Source: Asaia bogorensis
Lineage (GTDB): Bacteria > Pseudomonadota > Alphaproteobacteria > CACIAM-22H2
Reading direction: 5' to 3'
Assembly (NCBI GenBank): GCA_945901855.1
Contig: CAMDLT010000020.1
Coordinates: 2,066 to 66,065 of the forward strand
Length of the DNA: 64,000 nucleotides
The notes under the pieces were generated by a model, which worked only from the letters and a program-made list of their open reading frames with translations, ran no database searches and was not told where the DNA came from. The position numbers and the translations under genes are program-made. Each line of letters opens with the position of its first letter. The stretch's first letter is position 1. Shown in pieces: positions 39,197-49,064 of the stretch.

Positions 39197-40195
39197 ATGC
39201 AAACGCGTTCCGATAGGCCGCTGCTGGAAGTCAAAAATCTGCGCGTCGAGTTCCCGACGCGCCGCGGCACGCTCGTGGCAGTCGACGATATCTCGTTTTC
39301 GATCGCGCCCGGCGAAGTGCTCGGCGTTGTCGGCGAATCGGGTGCCGGCAAGTCGCTGACCGGTGCCGCAATCATCGGCTTGCTCGAGCCGCCGGGCCGG
39401 ATTGCGGGCGGAGAAATTCTGCTCGACGGCCAGCGTATCGACAATCTGCCGTACGAGAAGATGCGCCGCATTCGCGGAAAAGAGATCGGTGCGGTGTTCC
39501 AGGACCCGCTGACATCGCTCAATCCGCTTTACACGGTCGGCCGCCAGATCGTCGAAACGATCATGACGCATCTCGATATGTCGGAATCTCAGGCGCGCGA
39601 TCGCGCGATCGGCCTGTTGCAAGACGTCGGCATTCCGGCCCCCGATCGCCGCATCGACCACTATCCGCATCAGTTTTCGGGCGGCATGCGCCAGCGCGTG
39701 GTGATTGCGCTGGCGTTGTGCGCCAATCCGCGCTTGATCGTCGCCGACGAGCCCACCACGGCGCTCGACGTGTCCATCCAGGCGCAGATCATCACGCTGA
39801 TCAAGCGGCTGTGCCGCGAAAACGGCACGGCGGTGATGCTGGTCACGCACGACATGGGTGTAATTGCCGAAACGGCGGACCGCGTGGCAGTCATGTATGC
39901 GGGCCGTATCGCCGAAATTGGCCCGGTGCGCGACGTGATCCAGCGCGCCAAGCATCCCTATACCGACGGGCTTATGGGCTCCATCCCGAAGCTTGGCAAT
40001 GCGCCTGCGCGCCTCGCGCAGATTGACGGCGCCATGCCGCGTTTGACGGCGATCCCCAAAGGCTGCGCGTTCAATCCGCGCTGCGCGAAAAAATTCGAAC
40101 CCTGCACGCAACTGCGCCCTGATCCGATCTCGGTCGAGGGCACCGATGTTGCGTGCTGGCTTTACGACCGGACCAAAAAGGCGGCTGCCGAATGA
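39197..40195 (+). CDS. ABC transporter ATP-binding protein (DppD-like)
   Basis: Walker A GESGAGKS, signature FSGGMRQR. Start at internal ATG (MQTRSDRPLLEVKNLRVEF). Confidence 0.8.
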   Translation: MQTRSDRPLLEVKNLRVEFPTRRGTLVAVDDISFSIAPGEVLGVVGESGAGKSLTGAAIIGLLEPPGRIAGGEILLDGQRIDNLPYEKMRRIRGKEIGAVFQDPLTSLNPLYTVGRQIVETIMTHLDMSESQARDRAIGLLQDVGIPAPDRRIDHYPHQFSGGMRQRVVIALALCANPRLIVADEPTTALDVSIQAQIITLIKRLCRENGTAVMLVTHDMGVIAETADRVAVMYAGRIAEIGPVRDVIQRAKHPYTDGLMGSIPKLGNAPARLAQIDGAMPRLTAIPKGCAFNPRCAKKFEPCTQLRPDPISVEGTDVACWLYDRTKKAAAE

Positions 40196-41256
40196 ACGAC
40201 CAATCCGCAAAGTCGTCGCAGACGTTGGTCGTCGCCAAGGGGCTGGCGCGCTATTTCGACGTCTCGAAGCCGTTATTGAATCGCCTGCTTGAAAAATTGC
40301 CGCGCCAGACGCTGCGCGCGGTCGACGGTGTGGATTTCACGATCGACAAAGGCGAAACGCTGTCTTTCGTGGGCGAGTCTGGCTGCGGGAAATCCACGCT
40401 GGCGCGCCTTGTCGTCGGGCTTTATCCGCCGTCGCGCGGCACGATGGAGTTCGACGGCACGGACATGGCGAAGCTCGGTTCGGCGGCGGATGCTGGCCTC
40501 ATCCGCAAGCGCTTCCAGATGATCTTTCAGGACCCCTATGCCAGCCTCAATCCGCGCTGGCGCGTCGGAAAAATTATCGCCGAACCCATCGTCGTGCACG
40601 GGCTGATGCGCGATCGGACGGAGATCCGCAAGCGTGTGGACGAGCTGTTGCGTCAGGTCGGTCTGGCGCCGGCCGACCAGGAGAAATTTCCGCACGAATT
40701 TTCCGGCGGCCAGCGCCAACGCATTTCCATCGCGCGCGCTTTGTCGTCGAACCCCGAATTCTTGGTCTGCGATGAGCCGACCTCGGCGCTCGACGTGTCG
40801 GTACAGGCGCAGATTCTGAATTTGATGAAGGATCTGCAGCGCGAGTTGGGCCTGACCTACTTGTTCATCAGCCACAATCTGGCGGTCGTCTATTACATCT
40901 CCGACCGCGTGGGCGTCATGTATCTTGGCAAGCTTGTCGAGATCGCAGACGTCAAGACGCTGTTCTCGCGCCCGGTACATCCCTACACGCGCATGCTGCT
41001 GGACGCGATTCCCGATCTCGACATGTCGGGGCGGCCGCGCACGCCGGTGGCAGGCGAAGTGCCCAACCCGATCAATCCGCCATCGGGTTGCACGTTCCAT
41101 CCGCGCTGTCCGCACGCAAACGACCGTTGCCGCGCGGAAGCGCCGGTTGCCAAACGCGTCATGACCGGTGCGGTTGTGGCGTGCCACGCGGCCGAAGAAG
41201 GGCGTTTGCCGGACGTCGTGCGCAGCGCCGCAGCGCCGCCAAACCCGCTGCAATAA
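40192..41256 (+). CDS. ABC transporter ATP-binding protein (DppF-like)
   Basis: Walker A GESGCGKST, signature FSGGQRQR. ATGA overlap with the upstream stop. Confidence 0.8.
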   Translation: MNDQSAKSSQTLVVAKGLARYFDVSKPLLNRLLEKLPRQTLRAVDGVDFTIDKGETLSFVGESGCGKSTLARLVVGLYPPSRGTMEFDGTDMAKLGSAADAGLIRKRFQMIFQDPYASLNPRWRVGKIIAEPIVVHGLMRDRTEIRKRVDELLRQVGLAPADQEKFPHEFSGGQRQRISIARALSSNPEFLVCDEPTSALDVSVQAQILNLMKDLQRELGLTYLFISHNLAVVYYISDRVGVMYLGKLVEIADVKTLFSRPVHPYTRMLLDAIPDLDMSGRPRTPVAGEVPNPINPPSGCTFHPRCPHANDRCRAEAPVAKRVMTGAVVACHAAEEGRLPDVVRSAAAPPNPLQ

Positions 41257-41294
41257 AGCTGTCGCGTTTTGCAGTTGCTGCGCAGCGGCGACGC

Positions 41295-42497
41295 TCAGAC
41301 GGGGCGGGTCGGAAAGCCTGCTCCGTTGAGCGCTTCGATCAGCCGCGTGCCGTGCGTGCGCTCGATGACTTCGACCGTCGTTTCGATCACGACGCTTTTG
41401 GCGGATTTTTCGTTGAAGATCCGCTGATGCTCGATTTCGATGATGTTGCCCCCGCCGTCGCCGATCCGGCGTGCCACTTCCGCCAAAGCGCCAGGACGGT
41501 CGGCAATGTCGACTTCCAGGCGCAGCAAACGCCCGTCGCGCGCAAGGCCGCGCAGCAGTACGCTTGAGAGCACGCGCGTGTCGATATTGCCGCCGCAGAG
41601 CACCATGCCGATGCGTCGGCCCTTGAAGCGGTCGCGATGCGCCAAAATTGCCGCCAAGCCGGCGGCGCCCGCCCCTTCGGCAACGGTTTTTTCGATTTCA
41701 ATCAGCAGCACGATCGCGCGCTCGACCTCAAGTTCGTCGACGACGAGCACTTCGCGAACGTCGCGTTCGATCGTGGGCCAGCATTCGGCGCCGATTTCGG
41801 CAACCGCAATCCCTTCGGCAATGGTTGTCCCGCCGGTGCGCGCGGGTTGGCCCGCTTTGCGCTGGGCCGCCGCCGCAAATGACGCGACCTCGACGCCGTA
41901 GATATCGATGCTCGGCTTGATCGACTTGGCGGCAATGGTACAGCCCGCGATCATGCCGCCGCCGCCGACCGGGATCACCAAAGCGTCGAGATCGGGCCAG
42001 TCGGCGAGCATTTCCAAAGCGAGCGTTCCTTGGCCCGCGATGATGGCTGCATCGTCGTACGGATGGACAAAGACGAGCCCTTCGCGTTTGGCGAGGTCGC
42101 GGGCAAAGGCGGCGGCTTCGGCTAATGTCTCGCCCTCGAGCACGACTTTGGCGCCGTGATGGCGCGTTGCGGCGATCTTCGCGTTGGGCGTTATCTTGGG
42201 CATCACGATCGTGGCCGCAATGCCGAGACGCTTGGCATGGTACGCGACCGCTTGCGCGTGGTTTCCTGCCGACATGGCGATAACGCCGCGCTCGCGTTCG
42301 CCCGCATCGAGCTGCAGCAGTTTGTTGAGCGCACCCCGTTCTTTGAAGGACGAAATGAACTGCAGATTTTCGAATTTGATCCAGAGCTCGCAACCCGCGA
42401 TCTTCGACAGCGTGCCGCTATAGATCGTGGGCGTGCGCAGCACTTGGCCTTCGATGCGGGCCGCAGCTGTACGAATGTCGGCAGCGCTCACGGACAT
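41295..42497 (-). CDS. Threonine ammonia-lyase (threonine dehydratase), short form with one regulatory domain
   Basis: 400 aa. PLP lysine block (FKERGA), GGGG(M/L)IAG glycine loop, C-terminal ACT-like domain. Confidence 0.8.
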   Translation of the reverse strand: MSVSAADIRTAAARIEGQVLRTPTIYSGTLSKIAGCELWIKFENLQFISSFKERGALNKLLQLDAGERERGVIAMSAGNHAQAVAYHAKRLGIAATIVMPKITPNAKIAATRHHGAKVVLEGETLAEAAAFARDLAKREGLVFVHPYDDAAIIAGQGTLALEMLADWPDLDALVIPVGGGGMIAGCTIAAKSIKPSIDIYGVEVASFAAAAQRKAGQPARTGGTTIAEGIAVAEIGAECWPTIERDVREVLVVDELEVERAIVLLIEIEKTVAEGAGAAGLAAILAHRDRFKGRRIGMVLCGGNIDTRVLSSVLLRGLARDGRLLRLEVDIADRPGALAEVARRIGDGGGNIIEIEHQRIFNEKSAKSVVIETTVEVIERTHGTRLIEALNGAGFPTRPV

Positions 42498-42499
42498 GG

Positions 42500-43912
42500 C
42501 TATTTGCGCCCGTAGCTGTCTTCAAGGCGCACGATATCGTCCTCGCCCAAATAGCCGCCCGACTGCACTTCGATGATATGCAGTATTTCGGTACCCGGGT
42601 TCTCCAGCCGGTGCACGCAGCCGACCGGAATGTAGGTGGACATGTTCTCGCGCAGGACAAGCGTATCGTCGTCGCGCGTGACGCGCGCAACGCCGCTTAC
42701 CACCACCCAGTGTTCCGCGCGCTGGGCATGCTTCTGCAGCGAAATTTTGGCGCCCGGTTTTACGGTCAGGCGCTTGACCTGGAAGCGCGGTCCCATGTCG
42801 ATGCTTTGGTAGCTGCCCCAGGGGCGGTGGACCACGACATGCGATGTCGCTTCGCTGCGCTGGTCGGCCTTCAGCCGATCGACGATCTTTTTGACGTCTT
42901 GGGCGCGGTCGCGGTTGGCGACCATGACGACGTCGCGCGTCGCGATCACGACCAGATCCTCGACCCCGACGGCCGTCAGCAGTTTGTATTCGCTGCGCAG
43001 ATAGGAATTGCGCGTGTCGTTGGCAACGACGTCGCCGACCAGCACGTTGCCGTCGGAATCGCGCGGGCCCAAATCCCACAGCGCATTCCAAGCGCCCACG
43101 TCCGACCAGCCCAGCGCTGCCGGAACGACCGCCGACAGGCGCGTGCGTTCCATGACGGCATAGTCGATCGACTTGGACGGAGCGGCCGCAAAAATCTCCT
43201 TGTCCAGCCGCACGAAATCCAAATCGCGCGCGGCTTGTTCCACCGACTTTGCGGCGGCGGCGGCGATGGCGGGTTCGAACTGGGCAAGTTCGGTAAGGAA
43301 CGTGCGCGCCGAAAACAGAAACATGCCCGAATTCCAGCTCCATCCGCCTTCCGCGAGATAGGCTTTGGCCGTTGCCAGGTCGGGCTTTTCAACGAAGCGC
43401 GCGACGGCGTATGCGCCGACCGGTGCGGCCATTGCAGCGCCCCGTTTGATGTAGCCATACCCTGTTTCGGGAGCGGACGGATCGATCCCGAAGGTCACCA
43501 AGCGGCCCGCAGCGACAGCCTGCTGCGCGGTCGCTACGGCCGCCGCGAACGCCGCGACATCGCCGACAACGTGGTCCGAGGGCAGCAGCATCATCGTCTC
43601 GTCCGGCTGCAGCAAGGCGGCCGCCGCGGCTGCCGCCGGTGCCGTGTTGCGGCCGACAGGTTCGAGGACGATCGCGCGCGGCACGATGCCAATCTCGCGC
43701 AGCTGTTCGGCGATGATAAATCGATGCTCTTCGTTGCACACCACGATGGGCGCGCCGAATGGACCCCCGCTGGCGCGCAGGGCCGTTTCCTGGATCATCG
43801 TCTTGGTGCCAGTCAGCGGCAGTAGCTGCTTGGGGTAAAGTTCGCGCGACAAAGGCCACAGGCGCGTTCCGGCACCGCCCGAAAGGATAATGGGAACGAT
43901 CGGTTGGAACAT
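42500..43912 (-). CDS. manC: Mannose-1-phosphate guanylyltransferase / mannose-6-phosphate isomerase (bifunctional, type II PMI)
   Basis: About 470 aa from MFQPIVPIILSGGAGTRLWPLS. Nucleotidyltransferase N-terminus and cupin C-terminus (HRPWGSY...GCVHRLENPG). Confidence 0.8.
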   Translation of the reverse strand: MFQPIVPIILSGGAGTRLWPLSRELYPKQLLPLTGTKTMIQETALRASGGPFGAPIVVCNEEHRFIIAEQLREIGIVPRAIVLEPVGRNTAPAAAAAAALLQPDETMMLLPSDHVVGDVAAFAAAVATAQQAVAAGRLVTFGIDPSAPETGYGYIKRGAAMAAPVGAYAVARFVEKPDLATAKAYLAEGGWSWNSGMFLFSARTFLTELAQFEPAIAAAAAKSVEQAARDLDFVRLDKEIFAAAPSKSIDYAVMERTRLSAVVPAALGWSDVGAWNALWDLGPRDSDGNVLVGDVVANDTRNSYLRSEYKLLTAVGVEDLVVIATRDVVMVANRDRAQDVKKIVDRLKADQRSEATSHVVVHRPWGSYQSIDMGPRFQVKRLTVKPGAKISLQKHAQRAEHWVVVSGVARVTRDDDTLVLRENMSTYIPVGCVHRLENPGTEILHIIEVQSGGYLGEDDIVRLEDSYGRK

Positions 43913-43966
43913 CGATAAAACCTCTTGCTGCAAGATTGCCTAGCTAGCGCATTTGGGCGGCGCGGG

Positions 43967-44791
43967 CTAGGGGCGCCGTGCCAACCGTGTCTGCAAGGCG
44001 TCGGCGAGCAAGTTTATTGCCGAAACCGTAATCAAGATGGCCAAGCCCGGCCATAGCGCCAGCCAAGGCGCCTGCCAGATCGTCTCCTGGGCATTGGTCA
44101 GCATATTGCCCCAACTGGCCGCGGGCGGCTGAGTTCCGAGTCCGAGGAACGATAGCACGCTCTCGTACAGGATGGTGCCGCCTGCCGACAGGGCCGTTGC
44201 AACCAGCAGCGGCCCGGCACAACTGGGCAAAATATGAAGCACCATGATACGCGTAGGCCGTGCGCCAAGTGCCGTGGCGGCGCGCACAAAATCGCGATTG
44301 ACGAGTGCCAGCGCCGTTGCGCGCACAAGGCGCGCGACCTTTGGCCAGCCAAATAGGGCCACGATCGCGACAATTCGCCATATACCGCCTTCGCCCGCCG
44401 ATACGATGCCGAGTTTGCCAAGATCGATGGCCGCGAGCACAATCAGCACCGGCAAAACAGGCAACGACAGTACCGCGTCGGTTGCGCGCATCAAGACGTC
44501 GTCGACCGCGCCGCCCAACGTGCCTGCGACCAGCCCGACCAGCGTGCCAACGGCCGCCGCCGCGAGGGCTGCCGCAATGCCGACCAGCAGCGAGACCCGC
44601 GCGCCATAGACCAGCCGCAGCGCCACGTCGCGGCCAAGCTCGTCGGTGCCAAGCGGATGCAGGAGGCTCGGTGCCGCATAGCGTTTGGCAAGATCGATCG
44701 CATCCGGGTCGGCATCGGCGAGCGGCACCAAGGCGGCTGCGGCGACCAGCATCGCCAGCAGGATTGCAGCGACGGCCGTTTGGACCTTCAT
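43967..44791 (-). CDS. ABC transporter permease (DppC-like)
   Basis: 274 aa from internal ATG (MKVQTAVAAILLAML...). Confidence 0.75.
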   Translation of the reverse strand: MKVQTAVAAILLAMLVAAAALVPLADADPDAIDLAKRYAAPSLLHPLGTDELGRDVALRLVYGARVSLLVGIAAALAAAAVGTLVGLVAGTLGGAVDDVLMRATDAVLSLPVLPVLIVLAAIDLGKLGIVSAGEGGIWRIVAIVALFGWPKVARLVRATALALVNRDFVRAATALGARPTRIMVLHILPSCAGPLLVATALSAGGTILYESVLSFLGLGTQPPAASWGNMLTNAQETIWQAPWLALWPGLAILITVSAINLLADALQTRLARRP

Positions 44792-45741
44792 CGCAGACTG
44801 ACGCGCGGATCGAGGAGCGCACAGACAAGATCGGCCGCAAAATTCGCGACCACGACAAGGGCGGCGGCCATCAACAAGCAGACGAGCGCGAGGTTGAAAT
44901 CGCTGCCTAGAATGGCGTCGTAGATCAGCTTGCCCATGCCGGGATACGCAAAGATCGTCTCCGTCACCAGAGCGCCCGAAAACAGCCCGCCAAAGCCGAG
45001 GGCCGCAACGGTTGCGACTGGAATCGTGGCGTTGCGAAACACATGCCCCCACAGCACGCGGGCGGGCGAAGCGCCTTTTGCCCGTGCGGTGCGCACCCAA
45101 TCCTGGGCAAGCGCCTCGCTGGCCGCTGCGCGCATATGGCGCGCATATTCGCCGACTTCCACCAGGGCCAAGGTCGCGACCGGCAAAATCAGTCCGAGCG
45201 CGCGTGCCGCAAACCCGGATTCGCCGGGCGGCGGAAGCGCGCTCGCCGGCAGCCAGCCAAGCACTACGGCAAACACGATAATCAGCATCAGTCCGAGCCA
45301 AAAAGACGGGGTTGCAGCCGATACGAACGCAAAGCTGTTGATGGCGCTGTCGATTGCGGTGCCGCGGCGGGCCGCCGCCGCGAGACCCAATGGAATGCCG
45401 AGCAGCAAGGCGAATGCGAATGCGACGAGCATCAGCAAGGCCGTGTTTGCAAATGCCGACGCAAGTGCCGCCAAAACGGGCTTCGAGTAAAGGCGGCTGT
45501 AGCCAAAATCGCCCTGCATTGCCGCCAGCGCCCAATCGGCATAGCGCGACAGGATCGGCCGGTCGATGCCGTAGAGTTCGCGCAGGCGCTTGATGTCGTC
45601 CGGCGTGATCTGCGGATTGCCGGACGCCATCAGATCGATCGGATCGCCCGGCATCAGACCCAACAAAACATAGATTGCAAAACTCGCGGCAACCAGCACG
45701 AGCAGTCCTTGCAGTGCGCGCGCGAGCGCAAAACGCATCAT
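44788..45741 (-). CDS. ABC transporter permease (DppB-like)
   Basis: About 317 aa from MMRFALARALQGLLVLV.... Confidence 0.75.
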   Translation of the reverse strand: MMRFALARALQGLLVLVAASFAIYVLLGLMPGDPIDLMASGNPQITPDDIKRLRELYGIDRPILSRYADWALAAMQGDFGYSRLYSKPVLAALASAFANTALLMLVAFAFALLLGIPLGLAAAARRGTAIDSAINSFAFVSAATPSFWLGLMLIIVFAVVLGWLPASALPPPGESGFAARALGLILPVATLALVEVGEYARHMRAAASEALAQDWVRTARAKGASPARVLWGHVFRNATIPVATVAALGFGGLFSGALVTETIFAYPGMGKLIYDAILGSDFNLALVCLLMAAALVVVANFAADLVCALLDPRVSLR

Positions 45742-47390
45742 TTCGAATGCCAGTGCTCGACGCGCATGCTGGACTGGTACTGGTGCCCGGTCGGCTCGAT
45801 ACCGCCAAGCCATTTGGGAATCACGAACGCGTCGGCGCGGAAGAACAGCGGCATGACCCAGGCTTCGGCCGCATAAATCTCTTGCATGCGCGCCCACATG
45901 CCGACGCGTTTTGCCGGATCGAGCTCGCGCTCGATCGCGTCGATCAGCCGGTCCATCTCGTCGCTGCGAATGCCGGGCTGATTCTGCCCGGCCCAATTGT
46001 TTGCGGCTGTCGGAATGCTTTCCGAGTGCAGTGTGGTGCGCGGCACCGATTGGGGGGCGGATATCCAAGCATACATCGCCAGCTGGAACTTCCGCTGGCG
46101 AATCGTTTCGCCGAAGAATACGCGCGCCGGCTCGTTTTTGATGCGCACTTCGATGCCCGCGCGACGCCATTGCGCCTGCAGCACTTGCTGGACGGTCTCG
46201 CGGATTCGGTTGCCCGAAGTCGTGCCGAATTCGAACGACAGGCGCTCGCCCGCCGCATTTTGGCGCACGCCGTTGACGATGCGGTCGTAGCCTGCCGCCG
46301 CCAGCAGCGCTTGCGCTTGGGCAAGATCGAACGGGTAGGCGGCGATGCTTGCGGCATAGCCCGCGTCTTTGGGGTTGAGGAAGGAGGCGGCAACCGGCTG
46401 CTTCCCCTCGAAAAGCTGGCGCACCAGCGTTTCGCGGTCGCTTGCAAGAATGAGGGCGCGACGGACGCGCCGGTCTTTGAAGGGCGGCAGATCGAGATTG
46501 AGATCGATATGCTCGTAGATCAGGCTCGGCAGATACTGAAAATCGTAGCGCGCCGCATGGCGTTTTTCGAGCGCTAGCGCCTGGTCGAGCGTGAAGCCGA
46601 GTTCGCCAGCGACATAGTCGACGCTGCCCGACAGGAGATTCGCTTCGAGAGCGGCCGTATTTTCGATCGTGCGGACGACGATACGTTTGAAGTGCGGCGC
46701 CTTGCCATGCCACTGCCCGTTGGGCACCAGCATGACCGCAGCCCCTTGCTGCACCTCGGCAATGCGGTAGGGGCCATTGAACAAGGCGGGGTTGGTCGGC
46801 TCCGTATCGAACAGCGTGCGGCGCCGGTAGGTTTCGGGATCGCTGTCGAAGAGCGCGCGTTCGAGATGGTCGGGCAGGAATTCGAACTGGTTGAATTCGT
46901 TGTAGTTGAAGGCGACGCGGTCCTGGGTAAACACGGCCGTGCGTTCGTCGCGCGCTTCGACCTTCAAGATGCGCCGATAGGCTTCACCCGACGCGGCACC
47001 CGAGCGCGGATGTTTGCCCACATCCCACGCCAGGATCGCGTCGCGCGGCGTGACGGGCATGCCGTCGCCCCATTTGACGCCTTCGACAAGCCGAAACGCG
47101 ATCTCGACGCCTTCTTTGCCGTCGGGCAGCGGCACGCGTTTGGCTCCGCCATTTTCGAATGTCGGCAGCGTCTCGCACAAAACGCAGACGAGCCGCCAAT
47201 CCTTGTCGTAGGTCGTCAAGGGCCGCCTCGCCATGTTCAGCACATAGGATTTGGCGGCCATCGAATCGAACATCGGATGCAGCGTGGAGGGGAACTGCGT
47301 GATGCCAATATTGAGCGTGTCGCGCGGCTGGGCGCCAACTTGGCCCATCGCCGCCAGCGCCAAAACGGCTCCCAGCAGGAGTCCCCGCAT
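45738..47390 (-). CDS. ABC transporter substrate-binding protein, family 5
   Basis: About 550 aa from MRGLLLGAVLALAAMGQVGAQP (signal peptide). The upstream extension of the tool ORF is antisense to pyrE. Confidence 0.75.
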   Translation of the reverse strand: MRGLLLGAVLALAAMGQVGAQPRDTLNIGITQFPSTLHPMFDSMAAKSYVLNMARRPLTTYDKDWRLVCVLCETLPTFENGGAKRVPLPDGKEGVEIAFRLVEGVKWGDGMPVTPRDAILAWDVGKHPRSGAASGEAYRRILKVEARDERTAVFTQDRVAFNYNEFNQFEFLPDHLERALFDSDPETYRRRTLFDTEPTNPALFNGPYRIAEVQQGAAVMLVPNGQWHGKAPHFKRIVVRTIENTAALEANLLSGSVDYVAGELGFTLDQALALEKRHAARYDFQYLPSLIYEHIDLNLDLPPFKDRRVRRALILASDRETLVRQLFEGKQPVAASFLNPKDAGYAASIAAYPFDLAQAQALLAAAGYDRIVNGVRQNAAGERLSFEFGTTSGNRIRETVQQVLQAQWRRAGIEVRIKNEPARVFFGETIRQRKFQLAMYAWISAPQSVPRTTLHSESIPTAANNWAGQNQPGIRSDEMDRLIDAIERELDPAKRVGMWARMQEIYAAEAWVMPLFFRADAFVIPKWLGGIEPTGHQYQSSMRVEHWHSK

Positions 47391-47394
47391 GGCG

Positions 47395-48084
47395 TTAACT
47401 GTCTTTCTTGGTGCCGTCGGGACCGATGCCGCCATGGGCATAGGACCACACGGCAGGCGCTTCGAGGAACTTGCGGACCTCGGCCAAGTCGGCATCGCTG
47501 TAGGCCTGTTGGGCTTGGGCTTCTTTGAGAACGTCCCACCACGTGGCGAGCGCGTGCAGATCGACGCCCTCGGCTTTGAGCGTTGCGACGCTTTCGGGAA
47601 AAATGCCGTAGTGGAAGACGACGAAGCTGTGCGCGACTTTGGCGCCCGCTTCGCGCAGGCCGTTGACGAAATGCATTTTGGATTTGCCGTCGGTCGCAAG
47701 ATCCTCGACCAGCAGCACGCGCTGGCCTTCGCGCAAATCGCCTTCGATCAGGGCGTTTCGCCCGAACCCTTTGGGCTTTTTGCGCACGTACAGCATGGGC
47801 AGTTCCAGTCGCTCGGCAATCCATGCGGCATAGGGAATGCCGGCCGTCTCGCCGCCCGCGACCGCATCGATTCCCGCAAACCCGATTTTGTTTTCGATGA
47901 CCGTTACGGCCATGTCCATCAGCTTGTTGCGCGCGCGCGGAAAGCCGATCAGCTTGCGGCAATCGCAATAGGTCGGGCTCGCCCAGCCCGACGTGAAGAT
48001 GTAGGGCGTTGCCGGGTTGAAGTGGATCGCCTTGGTCTCGATCAGAATGCGGGCGGTCGTCTGGGCGATCTCGTCTGGCGTCAT
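47395..48084 (-). CDS. pyrE: Orotate phosphoribosyltransferase
   Basis: About 229 aa from MTPDEIAQTTARILIETKAIHF. PRPP-binding motif VLLVEDLATDG. Confidence 0.75.
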   Translation of the reverse strand: MTPDEIAQTTARILIETKAIHFNPATPYIFTSGWASPTYCDCRKLIGFPRARNKLMDMAVTVIENKIGFAGIDAVAGGETAGIPYAAWIAERLELPMLYVRKKPKGFGRNALIEGDLREGQRVLLVEDLATDGKSKMHFVNGLREAGAKVAHSFVVFHYGIFPESVATLKAEGVDLHALATWWDVLKEAQAQQAYSDADLAEVRKFLEAPAVWSYAHGGIGPDGTKKDS

Positions 48085-48235
48085 GTCGGGTCCTTTGCCG
48101 ATGCGGGAGAGCGTCTTTTTTAGGCCTGCCTGCGCACTGCCCGCAAGGGGAACGCCGCGAAAACGGTCCATTTTGGGGCTTTGCAAGACTTGGCCCGCAT
48201 CGCCTAAGCTCCTGATCCCACGAGGAGGGAACGCG

Positions 48236-49063
48236 ATGGCTGCCAAACGCTCGAAACTTTACCAATCCGCCGCGAACGATCCAGTTTTGGTCGACCGGGC
48301 GGTCGCTGGGGATCCGCGCATTGTGACCGTAATTTTGAATCGCCCGGAAAAGCTCAACGCGATTTCCTCGGCGATGTGGGCGAAGTTGGGCGAAACGATG
48401 CGGGCCCTGAATGCCGAGCCGGACATCGGCTGCATCGTGCTGCGCGGTGCGGGCGACAAGGCTTTCGGCCCCGGAGCGGACATCTCCGAATTCGAGAAGA
48501 CGCGCAAAACGACCAAGCTTGCGATCGCGTACGGACGCACGATGCACGCGACGCTCGCGGCGGTCGGCGAATGCCGTCACCCTGTCGTGGCGCTGATCAA
48601 GGGGCTTTGCGTCGGCGGGTCGCTCGAAATTGCGAGCATGTGCGATCTGCGCATTGCGGGCGAAAGCGCGCGCTTCGGCGTGCCGATCAACCGCATCGGC
48701 GTGATCATGGCCTATCCCGAACTTTCCGCCCTGGTCGGTTTGGTGGGCGAGGCGGTCGCCAAAGAAATCCTGCTCGAGGCGCGCGTATTCGGCGCTGCGG
48801 AAGCCAAAGACAAGGGCCTGGTCACGCGCGTGGTCGCGGATGCGAATGTCGAGGAAGAAGCGTATCTGGCGGCCGGGCGGATCGCTGCGGGCGCGCCGCT
48901 GTCGAACCGCTGGCACAAAAAATTTGCGCGTCGGCTGCGCTCGCCCAAACCCCTGACGCGCGCCGAGTATCTCGAAGGATTCGCGAACTGCGATACCAAG
49001 GACTATCTCGAAGGCTACCGCGCGTTCCTTGAGAAGCGGCGCCCGAAGTTCGAGGGCCGCTAG
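48236..49063 (+). CDS. Enoyl-CoA hydratase/isomerase (crotonase) family protein
   Basis: About 275 aa from internal ATG, with a GAGGAGGG ribosome-binding site. Crotonase blocks (LNRPEKLNAI, KAFGPGADISEF, GLCVGGSLEIA). Confidence 0.75.
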   Translation: MAAKRSKLYQSAANDPVLVDRAVAGDPRIVTVILNRPEKLNAISSAMWAKLGETMRALNAEPDIGCIVLRGAGDKAFGPGADISEFEKTRKTTKLAIAYGRTMHATLAAVGECRHPVVALIKGLCVGGSLEIASMCDLRIAGESARFGVPINRIGVIMAYPELSALVGLVGEAVAKEILLEARVFGAAEAKDKGLVTRVVADANVEEEAYLAAGRIAAGAPLSNRWHKKFARRLRSPKPLTRAEYLEGFANCDTKDYLEGYRAFLEKRRPKFEGR

Positions 49064-49064
49064 G

